This document shows positions 15,985 to 24,768 of a stretch of 25,925 nt of DNA, in pieces. The notes beneath the pieces were generated by a model. That model saw nothing but the letters and a program-made list of their open reading frames with translations. It ran no database searches and was not told the origin of the DNA. The translations under genes and the position numbers were made by a program. The DNA comes from Methanothrix sp. (GTDB lineage Archaea > Halobacteriota > Methanosarcinia > Methanotrichales > Methanotrichaceae): assembly GCA_037128175.1 (NCBI GenBank), contig JBAXWY010000042.1, forward strand, positions 1 through 25,925, given 5' to 3'. The stretch's first letter is position 1. Every line of letters starts with the position of its first letter.

Positions 15985-17109
15985 CTACCCACCCTTTTCA
16001 GTGATGTCGATCAGCTCGGAGAACATGTATATTGCGGAAATTTGCCCTCGTCCTTCACGTAGCACAGTCAGGAGACCTCTATCTCTGAGCGCTTGTACTA
16101 TTCTGGGGGCAGTTTTTTCCGGAATCCTGGATATCTTCGCAAAATATTTTGACTTGAATATAGGCCGAGTGAATATAGCATCCACTGCCCGGATTGAGTA
16201 TTGAGAATGTAAGATCTCTGGAACTTGCAGTTTCATCCGGTTGTACAGCTCCAGGATAGCTCTTGCTTTCTTGCTGTTTTCCTCCGATTGCAGGACGAGA
16301 GCCTCCAGGAAAAACGATATCCATCCATTCCAGTCACCATCTCTGGATATTGCCAGCAGCCGCTCGTAGTAAACGTCCCGATTCCTTTCCAGGTAGGAGC
16401 TGATGTAAAACATGGGCTGGGAGAGTATTTTCTTGTGATACAGAATTATAGGCACGAGCATCCTGCCGATGCGGCCATTTCCATCCCGGAAGGGGTGGAT
16501 CAATTCAAACTGGGCTTTGAGTATGGCCAACTGAACAAGTGGATCTCTTTCTGTGAAGTAGAGGTAATCTTCCCAGTTGGAAAGGGCATCCATTATTACC
16601 TCCGGAGAGGGCGGAATGAATGTTGCCTGATCAATGGGCGTTCCAGGCGACGCGATAAAATTCTGGATACGCCGGATCTCGCCGGGGTCCTTGTAGCGGC
16701 CTCTGACGCCTGTTAGTAGTATTCTATGAAGCTCTCGTATGGTATTGATGCCAAATGGCCGGCCAGCCATCTTCTCGACAGCAGTTCCCATGGCCTTCCT
16801 GTAATTGATGATCTCATGAATGTCGCGAACCTGCGGGCTGTCTGGCGGAACCTGGTTCTTTTCCGGGTCTCCAACATCGGCCTCGTACTGCAAGACCTCC
16901 TCCAGAGATGCCTGAGTTCCTTCGATTCGCGATGACAAGACTGCCTCGCGCGTGGTCTGCGGCGAGAGCAGCACCTCTGGATTGACCATGCCCAGCAGAA
17001 TTCCGTCGTATCGAGCGAAGGCAGCGTTGGCCTTGCCAATGAGGGTTACGTGCCTCTCCCAGTCGATGTTCTTCAACGGCAAGGTATCAGGAATATGGGG
17101 CTTTATCAT
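15985..17109 (-). CDS. Fic family protein (Fic_N + Fido domain + C-terminal HTH-like region)
   Basis: Canonical HPFRDGNGRIGR, N-terminal inhibitory motif SSRIEG, AAGGAGG SD before the ATG. Confidence 0.94.
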   Translation of the reverse strand: MIKPHIPDTLPLKNIDWERHVTLIGKANAAFARYDGILLGMVNPEVLLSPQTTREAVLSSRIEGTQASLEEVLQYEADVGDPEKNQVPPDSPQVRDIHEIINYRKAMGTAVEKMAGRPFGINTIRELHRILLTGVRGRYKDPGEIRRIQNFIASPGTPIDQATFIPPSPEVIMDALSNWEDYLYFTERDPLVQLAILKAQFELIHPFRDGNGRIGRMLVPIILYHKKILSQPMFYISSYLERNRDVYYERLLAISRDGDWNGWISFFLEALVLQSEENSKKARAILELYNRMKLQVPEILHSQYSIRAVDAIFTRPIFKSKYFAKISRIPEKTAPRIVQALRDRGLLTVLREGRGQISAIYMFSELIDITEKGG

Positions 17110-17458
17110 GATGCCTCCTTATCAGGAATGTTCCCTTGGGCATCGAAGTAACCCATCATCTTTCTGCAGTGAATGCTGAATTATTCTTATTTGTAGGCGT
17201 CGCTATTAGAATTCTTTTTTTTCCTCTTGCATATAACTGTGCATAATTCCCGCCCCCTCGTGGAGCCGTCCAGCTCGCGCACCCTGGCCACGGCCTCCTC
17301 ACAGCCACACGAATCCGCCGCCCACACACGCGCGGGCGGGGCCGCATGGCGCCGGCATCGCTTGATTTTGGCTCATGCCTTTAGCGCCACTTCTCCCGCC
17401 GCTAGAAGCTTTGCCAGGAGCTTTCCAGCGAAAAAATCCTCCATAACATCATCCTGCT

Positions 17459-17851
17459 TCACCTGCTCACCGCTTTCTCGAAGGTCACATTCTCCCCCGG
17501 CCCCCGTCGCATTTTGATGTCCTGCCATTTGGCCAAGTACCGGGCCAGCTCGTCCCAGAAAACAGCCAGCCATTCCCGCCGCTCGTGATCGCTCCCGCTC
17601 TCTGCGCAGCCGCCCTGCTCGCAGGCCCTGGCCAGGGCCAGTCCTTCCATCTGCTCCAGGGGCAGGATGATCTGCACCACCAGACCGTCCCCGTTTTCAT
17701 CCTCAGCCACCATCAGATCGAATTCTCTGATCCGTATGATCTGGTTGGGGGCAATTCTGGCCGCCCGGGCCTTTAATGCGGCATAAGCCAGGGCCTGGAA
17801 GACCTCATCTTGAGAGGCCTTCGCCGCCGCCTTGCTGATCAGCTCGTCCAT
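17459..17851 (-). CDS. Hypothetical protein (130 aa)
   Basis: ATG preceded by GGAGTGA, GC3-rich host-like codon usage. Confidence 0.75.
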   Translation of the reverse strand: MDELISKAAAKASQDEVFQALAYAALKARAARIAPNQIIRIREFDLMVAEDENGDGLVVQIILPLEQMEGLALARACEQGGCAESGSDHERREWLAVFWDELARYLAKWQDIKMRRGPGENVTFEKAVSR

Positions 17852-17962
17852 CTCATCACTCCAGGATAGCAGGCATTTTTGTTCTCGAATTTATTGGATT
17901 TTAGAAACTAATATAAATAATAGCCGCGAATAAAGGCCATAGGACAGGGGAGACGATAGTAT

Positions 17963-18064
17963 ATGGGCTGCTTTGAAGACTACATGCAGTTTCGCGATGA
18001 AGTGGATGAGGTTAGAAAGAAGAAGAAGGAAGAAGAAATCAGCAAGACTAAAGCCAAAGTCTGA
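17963..18064 (+). CDS. Putative 33-aa small charged protein MGCFEDYMQFRDEVDEVRKKKKEEEISKTKAKV
   Basis: Below the ORF-track cutoff. AT-rich TATA-like element near 17909-17920 and a GGGGAG purine tract upstream. Confidence 0.45.
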   Translation: MGCFEDYMQFRDEVDEVRKKKKEEEISKTKAKV

Positions 18065-18094
18065 AGAAAGGTAGCTGCTTCGGCATTTTGCAGT

Positions 18095-19072
18095 TTATTT
18101 TCGACCGGCAAAATTGGCCCTGGCCAGGTACACTGCATCTTCTGCCGGATTCAATCCTTCTTGAGACACATTCACCCAAAGATGCAGATCCCGGTAAGAG
18201 CTGGTGAAGTTTCCTTCCTTGTAGAGCAAAAACTCCAGCTTTTGCAGGTCGCCGGTATGATTGAGAACGTAAGATACCGGCTTTTCCCAGGTCTCGTTGT
18301 GGGCAAGGGTCAGATTCATGCTCAGTATTGGATAGATGAAGAGAAAATCGTCCCTGAAATTGTCTTCAAGTGTAGTGTTATTCACAGGCGTGTTGTTCAG
18401 GGAAATGCTCATGGTGTAGTTAACCGGCGCATATTCGTGATTTACCACGCCCACAATCACAGTGCTGCTATTTCCTGCCAGAACGCTTGTCGGGTAGTCG
18501 TAGGCTTTGCCGCCCGGCCCCAGGATATAAAACTCCGTGAACTTCTCGCCCTGCTTGGGGGTCACTATCACATAAACCAGGGCGGCAATGGATAAAAATA
18601 TGGTTATTATTAATATTACCGTCAGGGCTTTGTCCAGCCGGCTTTTTTCGTCTGCCAGAATTTCCGTTTTCCAGGTGCCAATCGTCTCGCGAAATTGTAT
18701 GGAAAACCGCTCCCCGGCAGGCAGACTCATGCGCCGCCAGTAGGCCGCTGCCGCCATAGCGATGGTGAATATGGCCAGAGATACGACCACCGGAGTCAGC
18801 CTGATTCCCCAGGGTGTGTAGTTGAGGCCAAGGCCAATGAGCGGCACCACGGCAATGGATAGCCCAAAAGCGAGAGCCGTCCTCTCGATTCCTTCCAGAT
18901 CCGCCTTCTTGGGAAAAAGGGCGGCAATGAGTGTGTAGCCCGGCACAAAAAGCACCATTACCAGGCCCAGGGGTATGCGCACCGGAAGAACGGAGAGCGG
19001 CGTCAGAGTAAAGAGCAGTGTGGCTAACGCTACAATTACGGCTGTTAACAGGTCGGACGGGATCTTCATCAT
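18095..19072 (-). CDS. DUF1616 domain membrane protein
   Basis: LFVPGYTLIAALFP, ERTALAFGLSIAVVPLIGLGLNYTPWGI, EKFTEFYILG..GKA.DYP, VGVVNHE, YRDLHLWVNV. Start ATG 19072 just after the upstream stop. Confidence 0.9.
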   Translation of the reverse strand: MMKIPSDLLTAVIVALATLLFTLTPLSVLPVRIPLGLVMVLFVPGYTLIAALFPKKADLEGIERTALAFGLSIAVVPLIGLGLNYTPWGIRLTPVVVSLAIFTIAMAAAAYWRRMSLPAGERFSIQFRETIGTWKTEILADEKSRLDKALTVILIITIFLSIAALVYVIVTPKQGEKFTEFYILGPGGKAYDYPTSVLAGNSSTVIVGVVNHEYAPVNYTMSISLNNTPVNNTTLEDNFRDDFLFIYPILSMNLTLAHNETWEKPVSYVLNHTGDLQKLEFLLYKEGNFTSSYRDLHLWVNVSQEGLNPAEDAVYLARANFAGRK

Positions 19073-19086
19073 CTTATCTATATCTT

Positions 19087-19875
19087 TCACAGCCTCAAGA
19101 GTAGCATGCCCAGTAGCCCCCCAATCCAATTTGCGACCGTGCTTAAAAAGCCGCTACCTGGATCGGGCTTTCCGGACTGTGATGAATTCTGGTTGCCGGA
19201 GAGCAGAGGAAGACCGGTCTCGCTTCCGCTCTCTTGCGGGTAAGACTGACCACCGTTTAAGATTATGTCTTTCTCTCGGCAGACATCACAGGCATCAATG
19301 GAAGGCGATGCTGACGAAGAGCCGCCACCTAGACGAATGGTCTTTACGTCTCCAGCCCCTTGTATGCGGTAATCTCCCGCCGGTATGCCCTTGGTGTCGA
19401 TAGCCAGTTTATATGTGCCCGCAGAGTCTGCTTTGACCTGCGTCTGGGCCTCGATGTTTACAGGAACCTCTGTTGATCCGGGCAGAGCTTTGCCAAACAT
19501 CTTCAAATTATATCTGCCGGGCGGCACATCTGCCTGGGAGAGGCGGATCGTTCCACCGCTGACCTGGAAGCTCTTGGTGATCCAGATGCCGAACTTCACA
19601 CCGGCATAAAAGTCCTGCACGTTATTAGCCGATACCGTGAAGCGATTGGGTTTTTGAGGAACCAGGATCGTTGTCTCATATCCATACTCACCACCAGTAA
19701 CCGGCAGATTCATAGTGAAGCTGGACTGAAAAGAGAGCTCTTCCCCTGGTTTTCCCGTTCCTGTCAAGGTCACCTCTTGACCAGGCGCCGGATTTTCCGG
19801 CGACAACTCAAAGGCCAGACCAACTGGTATGACCACATAAATAATGATAGCAATTAGAGCAAAGATCTGCTTCAT
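19087..19875 (-). CDS. Secreted beta-sandwich protein with G/S-rich linker and C-terminal hydrophobic/amphipathic tail
   Basis: Signal peptide MKQIFALIAIIIYVVIPVGLA (ATG 19875), Ig-like strands, CDVC in the linker, tail GFLSTVANWIGGLLGMLLLRL. Confidence 0.8.
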   Translation of the reverse strand: MKQIFALIAIIIYVVIPVGLAFELSPENPAPGQEVTLTGTGKPGEELSFQSSFTMNLPVTGGEYGYETTILVPQKPNRFTVSANNVQDFYAGVKFGIWITKSFQVSGGTIRLSQADVPPGRYNLKMFGKALPGSTEVPVNIEAQTQVKADSAGTYKLAIDTKGIPAGDYRIQGAGDVKTIRLGGGSSSASPSIDACDVCREKDIILNGGQSYPQESGSETGLPLLSGNQNSSQSGKPDPGSGFLSTVANWIGGLLGMLLLRL

Positions 19876-20098
19876 GGTTTCAAATCCATCTCTTCTCTCC
19901 AACTTATTTCTCTTTTTCGGCAAAGGCATTGCACACAGGAAAAGTTTTTTATACGTTGATTGAGAAACTATATCTATGCATCTCACGAGAGAGATTGCAG
20001 TAATGATAATATGATATCTGCCAGCTAATTGCGCCTATTACTACTGGTTTAGGAGATTGGTGCACCAAGGGTCCGATCTGGCATAGGTGATGAAGGTT

Positions 20099-20506
20099 AT
20101 GATTGTGAAATTGAGACAAAAGGGTAAGACAATCCGGCAAATATCCATTGTTCTAATAGTGGTGCTATTGATTGTCTTCCTGGCGGCTCCTGCTAGTGCG
20201 GTAACTTGTGTGCCCAAATACTCGGCATATAAAAAGGTCATTACAAACGTTGGTACCGAAACAAAAGAAACCCTGGTCCTTACCTACAGAATACCGGGAA
20301 TCAAACCTGCGGTAACGCTTAGATTATATATTAAATACCAACGAACCGTCACAAAGTGGCAAATGGAGAGGACCAAGACCACATATACCTATTGCACCAA
20401 GACCAAGAAATGTGAGATAAGCGGAACCCCAACAATCCAAGTAGGAACGAAAGGTACAACGTACGGCACTTGGGTGGCAATAAGTTACAGGACCACGATT
20501 ACTTGA
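20099..20506 (+). CDS. Secreted small cationic Thr/Lys-rich beta protein
   Basis: SD AGGTGA 8 nt before ATG 20099 (alternatives 20087/20090/20105), signal peptide ending APASA, 101-aa mature region. Confidence 0.75.
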   Translation: MIVKLRQKGKTIRQISIVLIVVLLIVFLAAPASAVTCVPKYSAYKKVITNVGTETKETLVLTYRIPGIKPAVTLRLYIKYQRTVTKWQMERTKTTYTYCTKTKKCEISGTPTIQVGTKGTTYGTWVAISYRTTIT

Positions 20507-20525
20507 TTAAGAGATGTGATAAATA

Positions 20526-21038
20526 ATGAGATCTCTAAGATTGATGTTATTTGCATTAGCTCTTGTGGTCAGCAATTTATCTATTTCTATTGCTTCAGAT
20601 CTAGTTAAAGACGGATCGGAAATGCCCGCATATATTCCGGAATACGGACAGATACATGCCACCGAGAGTGTGCTGTTGAACACAACCATTGGCACTAATT
20701 TATCATCGTTTTCATTTATCCTGACCTGGATTAATGCCACAAGCAACCTGGAAGCGATCCTTACCTCGCCTGGTGGCGCTAAGATAGATTCGACGGCTCA
20801 ACTGCCGATTATCTATGGAACGAATAAGAGCCTGATTTTCTATATCTTGCCAAATCCTGAGGCAGGAAAATGGACCGCGACAATCACAGCGAAAAATGTT
20901 CCGGACGTGGGAGAGTTTTATTGGGCCCTATTTAATACTACACCGGTGGATGAACACTCGGAACAAGTCCTAATTAATGAAGAGATGGATCTGGAGAACA
21001 CTATCGGAGAGTGCGAAAACTGCATGGAACAGAGTTAA
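20526..21038 (+). CDS. Secreted Ig/PPC-like domain protein with acidic CxxC tail
   Basis: Signal peptide, FILTW...LTSPGG...PNPEAGKWTATI, C-terminal GECENC. Confidence 0.8.
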   Translation: MRSLRLMLFALALVVSNLSISIASDLVKDGSEMPAYIPEYGQIHATESVLLNTTIGTNLSSFSFILTWINATSNLEAILTSPGGAKIDSTAQLPIIYGTNKSLIFYILPNPEAGKWTATITAKNVPDVGEFYWALFNTTPVDEHSEQVLINEEMDLENTIGECENCMEQS

Positions 21039-21069
21039 GCTTTTATATCTAGCATCTTGCTAAAGATAT

Positions 21070-22827
21070 ATGAACTCCAGGATCATATCATCGGGTTTGG
21101 TTTTCTTTTTTTCTTTATTTTTTATACTGACAGCTTCTGCAAACGAGGATATAGAGCCAGGCGTTCCAGCTTGCGGTATGCTGGCCAGTTCCGAGGCTTT
21201 GACTTACGCAGTTAATATCGGACCGGATATATCTATGGCCAGCTTTGCTCTCAAATGGAGAAATGCTGCGAGCAAAATCGATCTTAACCTTCAGACGCCA
21301 GACGGCGAATGGATGAGACCCGAGAACGATTCATTTGTAGCCTACAAAGAGAGCAATACATCCAAGACCTATTCGATAGAAAGACCCGCAGCCGGTAGAT
21401 GGGTCGCCAAGGTAGGCCCTGGAAATCAACAAACGGAGCATGAAGACTATTGCATCACCGCAAATCTTGTAACCACAAAGAGCGGGGATCAATACCCAGC
21501 AAAATTTAGCGGACTTTTCAAAGACTATGCGACTGATGACGATAAAGATGGTATCGTAGACTACATAACTATTGAGGCAAGCGTCAGCGTTAAGGCGGCA
21601 GGAAACTATTCTTCAGAAGGAGTTCTCTACAACATGCAAAATGGTGAAAATATCTCCATTAACAATGCGGCATTCTTGAATTTTGGATCCCATAAGATCC
21701 GGTTCGACCTCTATGATTTGAAATCGCCCGGGCCATATCGCATCGAAAGGCTAGCTCTTTATGATGAAAATGGAGATAAGATCGACACATCGAAAGAAAA
21801 ATATATAACTAGAACATATGATATTAAACCAGATATTAATATGGTGCAACGCCAGTCGGCCAAGCTCACGGGCAGCTATTCCGATTACGGGTCCGATATA
21901 AATGGCGACGGGCTCTACGAATACCTGACAGTGGATGTCGGAGTTATGGTTTACGATCCCGGGAACTATAGCGTGATCGGATATCTGTACGACGGTAACG
22001 GCAAGAATGTGGTCTGGTCCATAGGATCTGGATTGCTGCCGATAGGGTCCAGCAGATTGCATATGGATTTTGACGGCAAGACCATTGAACGGCACAGGTT
22101 CAATGGGACTTACCATCTCAAAGAGCTGGAACTGATAAGAGGGGACTCCGTCATAGAGAACCTATCGACGGAGGATCTTTTGATGGATGCAACAGTTACC
22201 CATCCCTATAATTATAGAGAATTCGTAGATCCAACATGGCCGGAGAAGAGGCTTTCAGGGGACGGGAAGGGAGAGATACTGCTTACAATCCAGGTTAATA
22301 GCATACTCCCGGTCTTCAATGGCAGATACAGCATGGATATCGTAGGAGCCAATATGCCGCCAATATCCTCTAACTGGAAGGTCACGGGAACTGAGAATGG
22401 GTACAGCTATGATCTTCCTGGAATCCATATGCCGGGCAAACCCAACGACTTTACAGTACTGGCGAGCAAAGTGAAGAACCTGAATGTGGGCGTGAAAAAG
22501 GATCCTGTGCAAGGCGGTGCTAATTTTACCAGAACCTGGATTTCAACTCGTGCCACGGCTGGCGAGGATGGAACGGCGAAAATTGAAAGCGATTTGATTT
22601 CACCAGGAAGATATCAATTCAAGATATTTGGAGAGACAATTGATAATGCCACAGAGGTCTCTCTGGAGATGAAAGTGGTCAAGAAGCTGTTGATCAACGG
22701 CAAATTTGATCTGGCCTTGAACACAAGCGGATTTCCCTCCAGCAACTATTCAATTAATGCCAAAGCGATCAACGAATCCGTTCGCTTCGACGAGATCAAT
22801 CTGGAGGGGCCATCCAGCGGTTTCTAA
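21070..22827 (+). CDS. Secreted multidomain surface protein (PPC-like domain, two DxDxDG repeats, C-terminal beta domain)
   Basis: Signal peptide ending ASA, LQTPDG...RPAAGRW, tandem repeats DYATDDDKDGIVDYITI / DYGSDINGDGLYEYLTV. Confidence 0.85.
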   Translation: MNSRIISSGLVFFFSLFFILTASANEDIEPGVPACGMLASSEALTYAVNIGPDISMASFALKWRNAASKIDLNLQTPDGEWMRPENDSFVAYKESNTSKTYSIERPAAGRWVAKVGPGNQQTEHEDYCITANLVTTKSGDQYPAKFSGLFKDYATDDDKDGIVDYITIEASVSVKAAGNYSSEGVLYNMQNGENISINNAAFLNFGSHKIRFDLYDLKSPGPYRIERLALYDENGDKIDTSKEKYITRTYDIKPDINMVQRQSAKLTGSYSDYGSDINGDGLYEYLTVDVGVMVYDPGNYSVIGYLYDGNGKNVVWSIGSGLLPIGSSRLHMDFDGKTIERHRFNGTYHLKELELIRGDSVIENLSTEDLLMDATVTHPYNYREFVDPTWPEKRLSGDGKGEILLTIQVNSILPVFNGRYSMDIVGANMPPISSNWKVTGTENGYSYDLPGIHMPGKPNDFTVLASKVKNLNVGVKKDPVQGGANFTRTWISTRATAGEDGTAKIESDLISPGRYQFKIFGETIDNATEVSLEMKVVKKLLINGKFDLALNTSGFPSSNYSINAKAINESVRFDEINLEGPSSGF

Positions 22828-22841
22828 TCAATTGATATGTC

Positions 22842-23747
22842 TCAAATTATCTCGACCTCGCCCTGCTTTATGCCCAGCAAGCCCTTTCCTGGTGAATATA
22901 TACCACCCGTCAATATATATTCACCCTTCTCCCAGGATTTATCCGGCAATAGGATAAGATCGACTCCCGGTTCTGTTGATTCCTGCAGGCCCACGGCACT
23001 GTTTGCGGGCAGAAGGGGCAGCAGATTCATGAGAAGCTCGGAGGAGATCTTAGGCGGGCCCTGTATCTGCAGAGATTTTGAGCACAGGGAAAGAGTAAGA
23101 TCAAAGCTGTTTGTGGTCTTATTTTTGGCTATGCGAAGGCTTGCGTTTTCATAATCTTTTCGAGATATCATAATCGCCGCAAAGATTTTGCTCTGATTGC
23201 CTGGCACGGTTGTATTCATCTTCACCTGAATAAACGGCTCATCCGCCGTTACAATGCTTGGCATCTGCAGAACGGTTTGTCCCTCTGTTATCAGCAAAGG
23301 CATAGACATGAGCACATTTGATTTATTTTCAAAATTCAGTGAATACATGCCGCTGCTGCTACTCGATAGCTGGAATGATGTGCCATTGTTAGTCTTAGCG
23401 CATTCTTTTCCACTAAAGCCACGTGTCCCCCGATCGCCGGAGAGGTAGGATGAGAGATCAAATGGAGATATGCACACAGAGATATTAGACGCCCCCGCTT
23501 GATGGGTAAAGAGAAAAGAGCCAATAATTGATTGGTTGCGAGAATAAACAGGAATACTGTAAAAAAAATCCACCATAATATCTCCATCTGGAAAGCCCAT
23601 CTTCGGCATTAATAGCGTATCATTTCCTTCAAGGCTAATTGCACCCATCCCAGGAGAGTTGCTGGAAAAGGTCAATGAAGAGTTACTTAATGCCGTCACA
23701 CTAATGGGAAATATAAGGAGCAAAAGCAGAATATTTTTTCCTCTCAT
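22842..23747 (-). CDS. Secreted protein, probable TIGR04279 methanogen extracellular domain
   Basis: Signal peptide, many N-x-S/T sequons, IPVYS, FAAIMIS..DY, GEYIL..GIYS...GIKQ.EVEI resemble this family from memory. Start ATG 23747 or GTG 23753. Confidence 0.65.
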   Translation of the reverse strand: MRGKNILLLLLIFPISVTALSNSSLTFSSNSPGMGAISLEGNDTLLMPKMGFPDGDIMVDFFYSIPVYSRNQSIIGSFLFTHQAGASNISVCISPFDLSSYLSGDRGTRGFSGKECAKTNNGTSFQLSSSSSGMYSLNFENKSNVLMSMPLLITEGQTVLQMPSIVTADEPFIQVKMNTTVPGNQSKIFAAIMISRKDYENASLRIAKNKTTNSFDLTLSLCSKSLQIQGPPKISSELLMNLLPLLPANSAVGLQESTEPGVDLILLPDKSWEKGEYILTGGIYSPGKGLLGIKQGEVEII

Positions 23748-23857
23748 CGCCACAAAAGAGATTAGGAAAGTATATATGGCTTTTTATGTCTTCGACAGAG
23801 GTTTAGATATATGAGGGGAAGCTATTAAGTCTGCCAAGAGAACGAATAAGGATTAAG

Positions 23858-24706
23858 ATGAACGCAAAGGATATTACAAGATATAACCTTGATCTTATAT
23901 TTCCCGTATTTTTAATTCTTCTGGCTGAACTCCTCATCTTTCTAGGCAAACCCAATGCTGCGATGCCTATCCATGCCCTGAATTTAATTTTGCTGATCTT
24001 ATCTTCAATTTATATAAATAATCGTATATATCCTGCACTTATGCTCTTGCCCCTTTTCCGGCTTTTAAATGTCGCCATGCCCGTGTTTTTCGATTTAACT
24101 CTGTACTCCTATTCCATGGTTTACGCGCCCATGTACATACCCATTTACTTTCTAGTGAAGGACGGTTTTGTGGGCCGCTCGGAAGCAGGATTAACCATTA
24201 AAGGTTTTTTGTTTTATTTTCCCCTGGCCATTTCTGTGGGCTTTGCCCTGGGTTGGGGCGAATATAATGTGATACATCCCCAACTGCTGACACCGGGCGC
24301 CAATATCAAAGATGTCTTGATCCTAGCTGTGACCATGATCTTCTTTGTAGGAATTGTGGAGGAATTCATCTTCAGATCGTCACTGCAAACTGTACTGGAA
24401 GAGAGGCTGGGTTCAATTGCGGGACTTCTGCTGGCAAGCGTAATATTCGGATTCATGCATAGCGGCTACCAATTGCCACAGGAGCTTCTTTACGTCTCTT
24501 TCGCCGGCGTCATCTTCGGGCTGCTCTTCTGGCTGACAAAGAGTCTGCCCATTATCGCTCTGGCGCACGGCGTTACTAATATCTCTTTATTTCTGGTGGT
24601 ACCTCTGGAACCCGAGATCTTGATTTATTTTATCTTGGTCCCTGCCCTAATATTTGCGTCCTACGTCTACGTTTTCAAGTGGAAATCCGGCGTAGGTGGG
24701 AACTAA
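23858..24706 (+). CDS. CPBP (Abi/Rce1, type II CAAX) family intramembrane glutamic endopeptidase
   Basis: Polytopic membrane protein with EEFIFRS, FGFMH and AHGVTN motifs. Confidence 0.92.
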   Translation: MNAKDITRYNLDLIFPVFLILLAELLIFLGKPNAAMPIHALNLILLILSSIYINNRIYPALMLLPLFRLLNVAMPVFFDLTLYSYSMVYAPMYIPIYFLVKDGFVGRSEAGLTIKGFLFYFPLAISVGFALGWGEYNVIHPQLLTPGANIKDVLILAVTMIFFVGIVEEFIFRSSLQTVLEERLGSIAGLLLASVIFGFMHSGYQLPQELLYVSFAGVIFGLLFWLTKSLPIIALAHGVTNISLFLVVPLEPEILIYFILVPALIFASYVYVFKWKSGVGGN

Positions 24707-24768
24707 AAGCCGCAAAATGGAAATCGGTAGTACCAGTTTTTTAAAAACCAATTGGGAATCGGAAGCAC

